Below, one piece after another: positions 1 to 8,750 of a stretch of 64,000 bases of DNA (position 1 is its first letter; the number at the start of each line of letters is the position of its first letter). A program made the position numbers and the translations under genes. The stretch spans positions 1,902-65,901 of the forward strand of contig CAZCBH010000009.1 of the NCBI GenBank assembly GCA_964496875.1, written 5' to 3'. The notes under the pieces are model-generated. The model was not told where the DNA came from. It ran no database searches and saw nothing but the letters and a program-made list of their open reading frames with translations. The DNA is from an uncultured Candidatus Obscuribacterales bacterium (lineage in GTDB: Bacteria > Cyanobacteriota > Vampirovibrionia > Obscuribacterales > Obscuribacteraceae).

Positions 1-1
1 C

Positions 2-154
2 CTAATCATCGGCATGTAAATCATTACCGTTTGTATCGCTACTCTCCTCATGATAGACATCGCTATTGACGTACCATTTGAGAAAGCGAACGACAAAATA
101 GAAAGGCGGAAATGCCACCAGCAAAAGAAGTAGTTTATCCACCAGCCTGAACAC
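2..154 (-). CDS. small hypothetical membrane protein (50 aa, below ORF-track cutoff), GTG start
   Basis: Hand translation of the minus strand gives (M)FRLVDKLLLLLVAFPPFYFVVRFLKWYVNSDVYHEESSDTNGNDLHADD*. It has one hydrophobic helix and an acidic tail. A GAGGTGG purine run lies a few nt upstream. It begins 16 nt after the stop of the 170..766 gene. Confidence 0.25.
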   Translation of the reverse strand: MFRLVDKLLLLLVAFPPFYFVVRFLKWYVNSDVYHEESSDTNGNDLHADD

Positions 155-169
155 CCTCTACCACCTCAA

Positions 170-766
170 TCAGTCATCTTGAATATCATCAAGATCGCAG
201 GATTCATCAATATCGTCATCAGGAGAGATTTTGACTCCTTCTGCCCTTATATCATCCACATCGACAGATTCGACCTCCAACTCGTCGACATTGATATCGG
301 GACCGGCTTCGTCATTTTCTTCCTGACCGCCTTCGTCACCATCTTCCAGATCTTCTTCATCATCGTCGAAGTCTTCTTCTTCGTCGTCATTGTTGCTCGC
401 GCCTGAAGCCTTCAAATTCCAACCCAGACCGGATGCGGATTTAACCGGAGTAGCCAGAATCTCCATCTTGTCTTGATCGAGAAAACCATCGCCAAGCTCC
501 TGAACTTGCTTAGCGAGTTCTTCTTCTTTCAGACGTTTTCGCTCCAGACGCGCCTCTTCCTTTTCGGCCTGGGTGCGCTTCGGAAACAAACGCTTGCGGC
601 AGCGAGTGCAGAAGCAAAAGCTGCCGGGGCTCAGATGCTTGAAATCAGCCATCTTGAAACCGACCGGCAGATAAGCCCGGGTACCGACCAGGCGACGCTC
701 CAGGTCTTTCAACTTTCGCTGATAGATAATCACATATTCGTGCCTGCAGGTGCTCTCTTCCGACAT
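170..766 (-). CDS. hypothetical protein with Cys cluster (FCFCTRCRK), Lys/Glu-rich helix and extremely acidic C-terminal tail
   Basis: 198-aa ORF. The C-terminal ~80 aa are mostly D/E (NNDDEEEDFDDDEEDLEDGDEGGQEEND...). I recognise no family. Confidence 0.55.
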   Translation of the reverse strand: MSEESTCRHEYVIIYQRKLKDLERRLVGTRAYLPVGFKMADFKHLSPGSFCFCTRCRKRLFPKRTQAEKEEARLERKRLKEEELAKQVQELGDGFLDQDKMEILATPVKSASGLGWNLKASGASNNDDEEEDFDDDEEDLEDGDEGGQEENDEAGPDINVDELEVESVDVDDIRAEGVKISPDDDIDESCDLDDIQDD

Positions 767-860
767 TGTTTGTTCCGGATCTGTTTCTATGTAAGTCCTA
801 ATTATAAAGATGAGATCAATAGTCTAGCACCGCTCAAAGGATTTGCACCGGTTCAAGCGA

Positions 861-2411
861 CTACCGGCTCCTTTTGACAACCGGAAACTCTCTCAAGAAC
901 CGACCGTTCCAGAGAATAATCACCGCCAACTGATGATCCGGCCGAATCGTATGGGGAGAGGAGAAATAAAGCCACTTTTCCTCTCCGGGAGGAAACGGTC
1001 TGGCTTCCGATGCCACCGGCAACTCGATTTTGCCAGCCCGGCGTCTTGAAGTGTTGTCATAAAAAACAGCGGTTAAACTGAGCTCGCTGATATTCTGACC
1101 GGTGACATTGCGAATTTTTATCTTCCCTTCCGGAGTGAGACTGCCTTTCTCAAGCCAGGTCCTGGCGAAAACTATAGCCACCGGAGAACCCTTGGGATCC
1201 CACATCTTGTCGCCTTCGCCGGTCGATTCTTTCTCTTCGTCCGGGGCAAGCAGGGCGAGCTGTTCGGAAACTCTTTCGGCATGTCCCTTGACCGAGGTGG
1301 CTTCCTGAAGCTTTCTCTCCGAGATCAAAAGATCATGCCAGCTCAAGAGCGTATCGCGCAAATTGCGCAAAAGCTCCGGCGTCGCCCTCAGACTGGTCGC
1401 TTCCTCGAGGGCGCGCACGGCACCGGCATAGTTGCCGATTTTGAGATTGAGCTCGGCAAGCAGCTCGAAGTTCTCGACGCTGCGTTCTTTATCTGTGAGA
1501 TCGGCGAGAGCCTCTTGAGCCTTTTCAAAATCCTTCTTCTCTAGAAGAAGCTCTATCAAATGGTGCCGAACTTCCAGGTTATTGGGGTCTTCCTGGCTAA
1601 CAGCCTCGTAATTCTCTATTGCTTTCTGGGTCTTACCGAGCCTAGTATAAATCGCAGCCAGAGCCATGCGGGTGAGGGGCTCATCAGAGACAGAGAGACT
1701 CTTTTCTAATAGCTGAATCGCCTCTTTGTCATTGTTCTCTTCAACTTCGCAGATAGCAGCCAACCTGCGATAGCAACTGGCGAGCTTATGAGGAATGGTT
1801 GCTTTCAGGCTCTCTTCCATCCCCTGAGAAAGACTGTCGGCAAGTTGGAGATGATGTATGCCATCGCGATAATTCATCTGACTGATGTCTTTATCCGACC
1901 ATGATAAGTACATCTTGGCGCGCTCCGCGTCGAAATATTTGGGCTGACCGATGCGGTTCGAAGAGAGATAGAGCTTCTCGGCTTCGTCGAAATCGCCCCG
2001 ACGCATGTAGAACTCGGCATAAGATTGCACCACCGGGAAAAGATGCTTTGCCGGCAGCTTCAGCCGCAGTGCCGTATCAAGGGCGGTGCGTCCTTCTGCA
2101 TAACGCTGAGCGGCCAGATAGCCCTGCGCCAACCAGGGGTAGAGCTCCGGATTGTCAGGATGCTCCCGGACCATTTCTTCTAACACAGGGATGGCGCGGG
2201 CCGCTTTGCCCTGCTGTATCTGTGCCACCGCCCGGGTAAAAGGGGTATCCTTGGGACGGGTGAAATAATAGGCGCTGAACGCAAAAACCGAAAGCACGCT
2301 CACAAGAACAATCGAGCGCACCAGTACAGAACCACCTTTAGTGGCAGTCTTATCCGCTTCGGTTGAATCGGTTGAATCAGTTGAATCGGTTGAAGTAGAT
2401 TCTGTCGCCAT
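861..2411 (-). CDS. TPR-repeat protein with N-terminal membrane anchor
   Basis: I chose the internal ATG at 2411 (MATESTSTDSTDSTDSTE...) because the longer ORF overlaps the divergent hydrolase gene. A hydrophobic segment (VLVRSIVLVSVLSVFAFSAYYF) is followed by repeated TPR-like 34-aa helices. Confidence 0.7.
   Translation of the reverse strand: MATESTSTDSTDSTDSTEADKTATKGGSVLVRSIVLVSVLSVFAFSAYYFTRPKDTPFTRAVAQIQQGKAARAIPVLEEMVREHPDNPELYPWLAQGYLAAQRYAEGRTALDTALRLKLPAKHLFPVVQSYAEFYMRRGDFDEAEKLYLSSNRIGQPKYFDAERAKMYLSWSDKDISQMNYRDGIHHLQLADSLSQGMEESLKATIPHKLASCYRRLAAICEVEENNDKEAIQLLEKSLSVSDEPLTRMALAAIYTRLGKTQKAIENYEAVSQEDPNNLEVRHHLIELLLEKKDFEKAQEALADLTDKERSVENFELLAELNLKIGNYAGAVRALEEATSLRATPELLRNLRDTLLSWHDLLISERKLQEATSVKGHAERVSEQLALLAPDEEKESTGEGDKMWDPKGSPVAIVFARTWLEKGSLTPEGKIKIRNVTGQNISELSLTAVFYDNTSRRRAGKIELPVASEARPFPPGEEKWLYFSSPHTIRPDHQLAVIILWNGRFLREFPVVKRSR
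2359..2394. repeat. 4 x 9-bp tandem repeat (tcggttgaa, one variant tcagttgaa) encoding (STD)n in the TPR protein N-terminus
   Basis: Read directly from the sequence at 2359-2394. Confidence 0.9.
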
Positions 2412-2463
2412 GGTAAATCGGATTTTTGCTTCGAATACATCCCCTGAGTTTATAATAACTGGA

Positions 2464-3333
2464 ATGAGCATACCTGTCATAGATTTGAGCCCGAGCAGCA
2501 CCGAATTTGAAATCCCGGTAAAAAAGGGTAAAGAGCAGGAAAAGATTTTCTGCAGACGGTGGGGAGATCCGGAGGCCGAGATTGTCACGGTGCTCTGCCA
2601 TGGTCTTGGCGCCCACTCCGGCTGGTTCGAGCCGCTGGCTTCGCGGCTTTCGGTCCGCAAGCACCGGGTCTATAGCTGTGATCTGAGCGGATTCGGCCAT
2701 GGCGACCGGCGCCGCTTCGATTCTTACAGGCAATGGCAGGACGATTTAATCGCTCTTATCAACCATGCTAAAGAGGAGAACCCCGGGAAACCCATAGTTC
2801 TAGCCGGCAACAGCATGGGTGCGCTGGTGGCGATCTCCTCGGTGGAGCGGCTAGAGAAGCCGCCCTCGGCCATGCTCCTTATGTCGCCCGGATTCGAAGG
2901 GTTCTCCGGAACCTTTACCCTGCCATATAAATTGAAGGCGATTTTTACCGCTCTGATTGAACCGGCTAAGATAATCGCCCTTCCCTACAGCGTGGACGAT
3001 ATCACCGTCAACGAGAAGATTCGAGAGCAAGTCAACGCCGATAAGCTGGGCAAATTCGCCATCCCAGCCGGTCTGGGTCTGGAGCTTCTGAAATTGACGA
3101 AAGAGGCGATCAGAAAGAGCAAGTCTCTGCCCTGCCCTGTATACCTTGCCACCGCCGGTCAGGAGAGGATAGTAGATAACCGATTCAATGACAGTTTCTT
3201 TGAGGGGCTCGATTGTCCCGCCAAAGAGCGCGTTCACTTCGACCATTGCCGCCATGATCTGGTCTTCGAAGACTCGGTAGATTCACTCGCCGAAGGGTTT
3301 GCAGCCTGGTTCCAGGCCATTGACGGCGCTTAA
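2464..3333 (+). CDS. alpha/beta hydrolase (lysophospholipase / monoacylglycerol lipase-like)
   Basis: HGLGAHSGWF oxyanion-type motif. Nucleophile elbow GNSMG. C-terminal HDLVFE region containing His. Start placed at MSIPVIDL (ATG 2464). Confidence 0.8.
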   Translation: MSIPVIDLSPSSTEFEIPVKKGKEQEKIFCRRWGDPEAEIVTVLCHGLGAHSGWFEPLASRLSVRKHRVYSCDLSGFGHGDRRRFDSYRQWQDDLIALINHAKEENPGKPIVLAGNSMGALVAISSVERLEKPPSAMLLMSPGFEGFSGTFTLPYKLKAIFTALIEPAKIIALPYSVDDITVNEKIREQVNADKLGKFAIPAGLGLELLKLTKEAIRKSKSLPCPVYLATAGQERIVDNRFNDSFFEGLDCPAKERVHFDHCRHDLVFEDSVDSLAEGFAAWFQAIDGA

Positions 3334-3498
3334 ATCTTGCTAAGAAGACTCTGAGTAATAATTCATAATCAGCAGATTTCTGTGGCCCCGGGCAGAAAGC
3401 TCCCTTGGAAACAGTTCTAATACTGATTCATATTTGCTGGTCGCCACCTGAAAACTGAATATAATGCTGGTTGTAATAGTCTCTACGATAAATTGACG

Positions 3499-5370
3499 AT
3501 GAACCGCAAAGAAGAAAAGAACCGCAATCTCGCCACCATATTGAGAAGTCGAATCGCCCGCATGGCAGATCGACCGGCTATGCTCCACAAGCCGAAGGGT
3601 CAGGCGTATGAGTCCATTACCTGGTCCGAGATGGGCGATATCGTAGAGAAGCTGGCCTTCGGCCTCTCGTCCCTGGGTGTGGATATGGGCTCCAAAGTAG
3701 CGATATTCTCCCAGACTTCTCACTTCTGGGTGCTCGCCGATTTTGCCGCTATTTGCAATGGTGCTGTCTCGGTGCCGATATATCCGACCAGCTCCCTGTC
3801 CGATATTGAATACATCATCAACAATTCCGAAGCCGAAGTGGTTTTCGTACAGAACCAGCGCCTGCTTAAGAAATTCGATAGTTTAGTAGCGAATTTACCC
3901 AGCTTAAAAAAACTGGTTCTGATGGAGCCGGAGAGAGAAAGCGATCTTGAACGGGTTGCCGAAGCCTGTCACCTGCCCGGCACGATGCTGATGAGCATAA
4001 GCGATCTGATTCTGGCAGGTGAAACCGAGATGTCGGAGAACCCCAATGATCTGCAATACAAGTGGAGCAACACAAAGATAGATGACCTGGCCACAATCAT
4101 CTATACCAGCGGCACCACCGGTACTCCCAAGGGCGTGCCCCTGACCCACGAAAACATCATCAAATTGGTGGAGGATCTCAGACAGATTATTCCCATCGGA
4201 GATGACGATCTTTATCTATCATATCTCCCGCTCTCTCACGTTTTCGAGAGAATCTGCGGAGAGTTTTATTGGATGATGGATGGCGGCTCCTGTGCCTATG
4301 CCGAAGGCATCGAATATATGGCCCGCAACATGCAGGAAGTCGAGCCTACAATGATCCTTGTGGTTCCCAGGGTGCTCGACCGGATTTATACCAAAGTCAA
4401 AAACGGCATCGATGGCGCCTCGGCCAGGGCTCGCAAACTTATCGAATGGGGTGTTTCCGTCGGCAACGAAGTAGTAGAGCATGCCGCCGAGGGCAAAGAG
4501 CCTCGCATCGGGTTGAAAGCAAAACATTTGATCGCCGAGAAACTGGTGCTAAGAAAGTTGAAAGAGCGCCTCGGTCCCCGCTTGAGACTGATTGTCAGCG
4601 GCGGCGCCCCTGCCACCAGACCGGTTTTGAAATTTTTCAACGCAGTAGGTATCTCCACCCTGGAAGGTTACGGTCTGACCGAGACCGCAGCACCACTTTC
4701 GGTCAATCGTCCGGAGAAAGTGAAAGTCGGCACCGTGGGCTGCCTCTTGCCTTCGGTCCGGATGAAAGTGGACACAGACGGAGAGCTTCTGGTCAAAGGA
4801 CCGACCATTTTCAAGGGCTATTACAAAAACGCCCAGGCGACGGAAAAAGCTTTTGTAGACGGCTGGTTCAGAACCGGTGACATCGGCACTATAGATGGTG
4901 ACAACTATGTCACCATTACCGACCGCAAAAAGGACATTATCGTCAACGCTGCCGGCAAGAACATCGCCCCCCAGAGAATCGAAGCGGTGCTCAAGACCAT
5001 CCCCTTCATCAATCAGGCGGTGGTCTTCGGCGACAAACAGAAACACCTGGTCGCTCTTATCAGCCTCGATGAAACTGCCGCCATGGATTTTTCAAGAGAG
5101 TCGGGCTGGAAATATGAGAGCTTCGAAGATCTCTTAAAGGGTCACGAACTAGATAATCATCTGCGCGCCGAGATCAAGCGTTTGTCACGTTCCCTGGCCG
5201 ACTACGAACAGGTCAAGAAATTCAAGATTCTCGAAAACGAACTCTCGGTTGAAGCAGGCGAGCTGACCGCCACCCTCAAGATCAAGCGCAATGTCGTAGC
5301 CAGGAACTATGCCCAGGTTATCGAAGCGTTATTCGACGAGCGTACTCTGGTCTCTCAGAACAGCAAATAG
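3499..5370 (+). CDS. fadD: long-chain acyl-CoA synthetase (AMP-forming)
   Basis: AMP-binding signature YTSGTTGTPKGV, plus TGDIG and the KIKR C-terminal motif. ATG at 3499 lies two codons inside the TTG-initiated track ORF. Confidence 0.85.
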   Translation: MNRKEEKNRNLATILRSRIARMADRPAMLHKPKGQAYESITWSEMGDIVEKLAFGLSSLGVDMGSKVAIFSQTSHFWVLADFAAICNGAVSVPIYPTSSLSDIEYIINNSEAEVVFVQNQRLLKKFDSLVANLPSLKKLVLMEPERESDLERVAEACHLPGTMLMSISDLILAGETEMSENPNDLQYKWSNTKIDDLATIIYTSGTTGTPKGVPLTHENIIKLVEDLRQIIPIGDDDLYLSYLPLSHVFERICGEFYWMMDGGSCAYAEGIEYMARNMQEVEPTMILVVPRVLDRIYTKVKNGIDGASARARKLIEWGVSVGNEVVEHAAEGKEPRIGLKAKHLIAEKLVLRKLKERLGPRLRLIVSGGAPATRPVLKFFNAVGISTLEGYGLTETAAPLSVNRPEKVKVGTVGCLLPSVRMKVDTDGELLVKGPTIFKGYYKNAQATEKAFVDGWFRTGDIGTIDGDNYVTITDRKKDIIVNAAGKNIAPQRIEAVLKTIPFINQAVVFGDKQKHLVALISLDETAAMDFSRESGWKYESFEDLLKGHELDNHLRAEIKRLSRSLADYEQVKKFKILENELSVEAGELTATLKIKRNVVARNYAQVIEALFDERTLVSQNSK

Positions 5371-5452
5371 AGAGTAGGAAGCAGGAATTTGCAAGAAAAA
5401 TATGCGCCACTATATGTGGCGCATATACAAAGCACAGGTTTTTAAAGTCTCT

Positions 5453-6610
5453 CTAGCTCAACATCGGCGCCGAAGCGGTGCGATCGGCTTTATCTAGAGC
5501 CGCCACTCGCAAGACTCTAGAACGGCCGGCTTCCAGAACAAAGAGCGCGCCGTCAGTCCCGAAGGCTATGCCGGTCGGATTACGCAGACCTTTCAAGAAC
5601 TCTTCTGCCCGACCTTCTCTATTCACCCTCAACACATTGCCGGCACGACCGGCGGTGATATAAAGACGACCGAGGCTATCCATGGCGAGATTACCGTCAT
5701 AACCATCGGCGAAGTTAAAGCTGTCGGATTCGGCCACCGAGATGCGAGAGACTTCCCGACCATCGAGAGATCGCTTGACTACAGAGCCCGAGGAATGCTC
5801 CAGGCACCACAGGAAACCATCGGGATCAAGGAGTAATCCCTGGGTACCGTTACCGGGACCGCCTATCAACACTTCCGATTCTCCGGATTTGTCTATTTTG
5901 AAGATGCCGCCGGTGTTAGATGGGAAGTTGGAGACATAGACCTCTTCTCTTGGACCGATAGCCACATCGGATAAGAAAGTGCCGCCGCCGGTCTTGCCGC
6001 CGTCTAACTGGGCAAGGATGCGACCGGATTTATTCGGGTCGATTTTATAGACTGTTCCCTGAATGGTGGCTACATACAAGACCCCTTTGCGATCGAAGCG
6101 CAAGCCGGATATGGTGCTGTTGCCGCGGATACGAGCGTACTCGCTCGGCTGTCCGGAGTTATCCACGAACCAGACACTGCCGTCGCAGGAGAAATAGATA
6201 CCACCGGGTCCTGCCGTCATCCTGGAAAACCGATTAGAGTAGGAGGCGCTCAACTGGGAGAGTATCTTTACAGCGTAGCCATGGGGCGCCTCGGGAAGGT
6301 CAATTACCGAAGCGGAACTCAGACCGGGCTCTTTACCGTTCTCTTTATCCTCGACTTTGTCCAGGATCTCGTGCTCTTCGCTAATCTCGGAAGTAGTAAT
6401 GTCGATATGCAGAATCAGGTGCATCGGAATGAGGATGCGTCTTATATGTATCTGACCGTCACTCTCATGGGAATAGGACTCCACGTCCAGATGATCGTGG
6501 TCGACACCCAGCACCCTTCCGGTGACGGTGTTATGGCAGCCCATTCCATACCAGATCTGAATCTTTTGTCGATTCTCTACAAACCCCTGCAGTCTGGTCC
6601 TGAAGCTCAT
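5453..6610 (-). CDS. NHL/SMP-30-like beta-propeller protein with a small N-terminal barrel-like domain
   Basis: The C-terminal ~280 aa contain repeated G-x-hydrophobic-YV/FV-(A/S)-(D/N) blades (GVLYVAT, EVYVSNF, GFLWCLE, GRLYITA, GALFVLE). The N-terminal ~75 aa form a separate domain. Confidence 0.6.
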   Translation of the reverse strand: MSFRTRLQGFVENRQKIQIWYGMGCHNTVTGRVLGVDHDHLDVESYSHESDGQIHIRRILIPMHLILHIDITTSEISEEHEILDKVEDKENGKEPGLSSASVIDLPEAPHGYAVKILSQLSASYSNRFSRMTAGPGGIYFSCDGSVWFVDNSGQPSEYARIRGNSTISGLRFDRKGVLYVATIQGTVYKIDPNKSGRILAQLDGGKTGGGTFLSDVAIGPREEVYVSNFPSNTGGIFKIDKSGESEVLIGGPGNGTQGLLLDPDGFLWCLEHSSGSVVKRSLDGREVSRISVAESDSFNFADGYDGNLAMDSLGRLYITAGRAGNVLRVNREGRAEEFLKGLRNPTGIAFGTDGALFVLEAGRSRVLRVAALDKADRTASAPMLS

Positions 6611-6670
6611 ATTTTTCTACCTCTGTCCCGCTCCCTGAAGCTGGTACTAAAATGAAAACCGATAATAAAA

Positions 6671-7129
6671 CTACTCTACTTCTAAATTATCACTATCTGA
6701 CCCTGTTTTTGTCCAATCTTCCGGATCAACTATGAGGGCATGGTTCCAAAATTGCTCGAGTTTGTAATATTCGCGCTCTGCCCCCTGCAATACATGAATT
6801 ATGACATCTCCGAAGTCGATTAGCACCCAGCGTCCTTCGGTCAGTCCTTCTACCGATTTGGCTTTGCGCCCGACTTTCTCGAGACTGGAGAGTATCTCCT
6901 CCACTATCGCTTTAACCTGGGCTCTGGAATCTCCACCGGTGAAAACGAAATAGTCGGCGATCAATGTTACTTTCGCAACATCCAGAACTACTGTGGATAT
7001 AGCCTTCTTAGATTCAGCCGCACAGGCGGCCATAAACGCTGTTTTGCGTGAATCCACTACGGAAGAGGTGGCGATTTTTCGTCCCAAGTGAGTCCTGCTC
7101 TCTATATTCAGTACTATATTTGTTCCCAT
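6671..7129 (-). CDS. rsfS: ribosome silencing factor RsfS (iojap family)
   Basis: DVAKVTLIADYFVFTGGDSRAQVKAIVEEI...WVLIDFGDVIIHVLQGAEREYYKLEQFW is the typical RsfS core. AAAGGA SD lies 7 nt before ATG 7129. Confidence 0.85.
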   Translation of the reverse strand: MGTNIVLNIESRTHLGRKIATSSVVDSRKTAFMAACAAESKKAISTVVLDVAKVTLIADYFVFTGGDSRAQVKAIVEEILSSLEKVGRKAKSVEGLTEGRWVLIDFGDVIIHVLQGAEREYYKLEQFWNHALIVDPEDWTKTGSDSDNLEVE

Positions 7130-7357
7130 ATTCTAGTCCTTTTCACGCTCTCCACATCCCATTAAGAGCCAAAAAACACACGTCAAGATGTTTGAAACTG
7201 AAAAAAACTCGTTATCTAGTGCCACATTTTATCGTGATGTACTTGTTTCGAGACTCAAGGTGCTGTATTCTTGCCCATTACGTGGTTTTGATAAGCCACA
7301 TGATATCAATATATCAATTTCAATTCGTTCTCGATGTGAGGGACAGGAGGAATCTCT

Positions 7358-7639
7358 GTGAACAAAGCAGAACTAGCTGCTGAGATAGCAAATCGTACAA
7401 ACAACACCAAGAAATCTGTAGAAGAAATGCTCCACGCATTAACAGATGTAGTTACTGAAACTGTTGCCAAAGGTGACAGAGTAACTCTGGTTGGCTTCGG
7501 CACCTTCGAGCGCCGTTCGCGCAACGCAAGAGAGACTAATAATCCTCAGAAGCCTGGTGAAAAGATCAAAGTACCGGCCAAGAAAGTACCTGCTTTCTCG
7601 CCTGGTAAAGAATTCAAAGATAAAGTCAACAACAAATAG
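7358..7639 (+). CDS. hup: HU-family DNA-binding protein
   Basis: MNKAELAAEIA...GDRVTLVGFGTFERRSRNARETNNPQKPGEKIKVPAKKVPAFSPGKEFK. GTG start preceded by GGAGGAA. Confidence 0.9.
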   Translation: MNKAELAAEIANRTNNTKKSVEEMLHALTDVVTETVAKGDRVTLVGFGTFERRSRNARETNNPQKPGEKIKVPAKKVPAFSPGKEFKDKVNNK

Positions 7640-7661
7640 TCTTTGACAGTCTAGAATTCCG

Positions 7662-7695
7662 GAAGAGGGACCCAATCGGGTCCCTCTTTCATCTT
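7662..7695. terminator. bidirectional intrinsic terminator between convergent hup and the TPR gene
   Basis: 11-bp stem AAGAGGGACCC / GGGTCCCTCTT with loop AATC, followed by a T-rich tract. Confidence 0.7.
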
Positions 7696-7717
7696 GTTCT
7701 TGAATTTCTAATAGCGG

Positions 7718-8716
7718 TCAGTTGCCAATCTTCTCGTCGTGCTTCTTGAGCGCTTCGGCGTCGATATGCTCGGTATCCCCTTCTTCTTCATCGATACCGT
7801 CGTCATCATCGGTCTCGTCCTTGCCCTGGGCGGCGGACTGGTCATCCTTGCTGTCCGCTTCCTGGACACCACGCAGATAATCCGCCACTCGAACCACATT
7901 TTTCTGGTGAGCGTTCTGTTTGGGAATGATCTGCGATTCCACTGAAAGCAACCGCTTGAACTCGTTTTCTTCTCTGCGTGCCGCTTCGATGTCCCCTTTT
8001 TTCTGGAGCAAGAGCGATAGCAGAAGCCGACTTCGTGGATCTCTGGCGTTATCGCGCACCGCTTCCCGAGCTTTGGCCAGGGCAAGGTCGATATGCCCGT
8101 TTTTAGCCAGGATCTCAATCATATTGACCGATGCCGGAGCGTACTCGGGCATTATTCGCAGACACTTGGCATAGCTGTCCCGGGCACCGAGAAGGTCGCC
8201 TGCCGCCTCCTGGGTCTTGCCCAGCTCAAAATAGGTCATAGCCGCCATGGTGCCGGCATTACCACCTTTCTGATAGTCCCGGCTCTGCATGATTTTTTCG
8301 AGCGCCTGATTAAACAACTCGGCAGCACGACCATAGTCTCCGCGCGTCCTTGCCGCCAGAGCCGCGTCATAGCTTCTGTAAGAGCTATTCAAATTTGAAT
8401 AATTGCTCTCCCGCTTCTGTTTTGCAGCCAGCTCTTCCGGGCTGGGCGGCGCGGGCTTTGGCGGCGGCGGTTTTGGCTTTGCCGCTTTGTGGCGACTTTT
8501 CGAGGTTGTATGGCGTCCACTGCGAGACTTTTTTTTGCTCGTACTGGATTTTCTGGTGCTTTTTTTCGCGCTCTTTTTAGACCTGGCAAAGCTCTGGTGA
8601 GCCGCGTCATCGCCAAGGGGAAGATATGCAACCAGCAAATAAGCCAGGACGAGGAAGATCCTCACCGAAATCTCTGATGACGATGGAGGCTTCAAACGTC
8701 CTGGGCTATTCGACAA
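7718..8716 (-). CDS. membrane-anchored TPR protein with Lys/Ser/Pro-rich linker
   Basis: N-terminal hydrophobic segment (VRIFLVLAYLLVAYL). Basic low-complexity stretch (KKSAKKSTRKSSTSKKKSRSGRH...KPKPPPPKPAPP). TPR-like helices follow, then an acidic C-terminus. Confidence 0.65.
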   Translation of the reverse strand: MSNSPGRLKPPSSSEISVRIFLVLAYLLVAYLPLGDDAAHQSFARSKKSAKKSTRKSSTSKKKSRSGRHTTSKSRHKAAKPKPPPPKPAPPSPEELAAKQKRESNYSNLNSSYRSYDAALAARTRGDYGRAAELFNQALEKIMQSRDYQKGGNAGTMAAMTYFELGKTQEAAGDLLGARDSYAKCLRIMPEYAPASVNMIEILAKNGHIDLALAKAREAVRDNARDPRSRLLLSLLLQKKGDIEAARREENEFKRLLSVESQIIPKQNAHQKNVVRVADYLRGVQEADSKDDQSAAQGKDETDDDDGIDEEEGDTEHIDAEALKKHDEKIGN

Positions 8717-8750
8717 TCTGCGATCCCTTTTGACTGGCGGTGATTTAGAG

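Noticed and set aside
4269-4880. 203-aa +2-frame ORF and several minus-strand ORFs inside the acyl-CoA synthetase gene
   Set aside because: They are Arg/Gly/Pro-rich off-frame translations, typical of alternate frames of a real gene. The AMP-binding motifs lie in the 3499-5370 frame.
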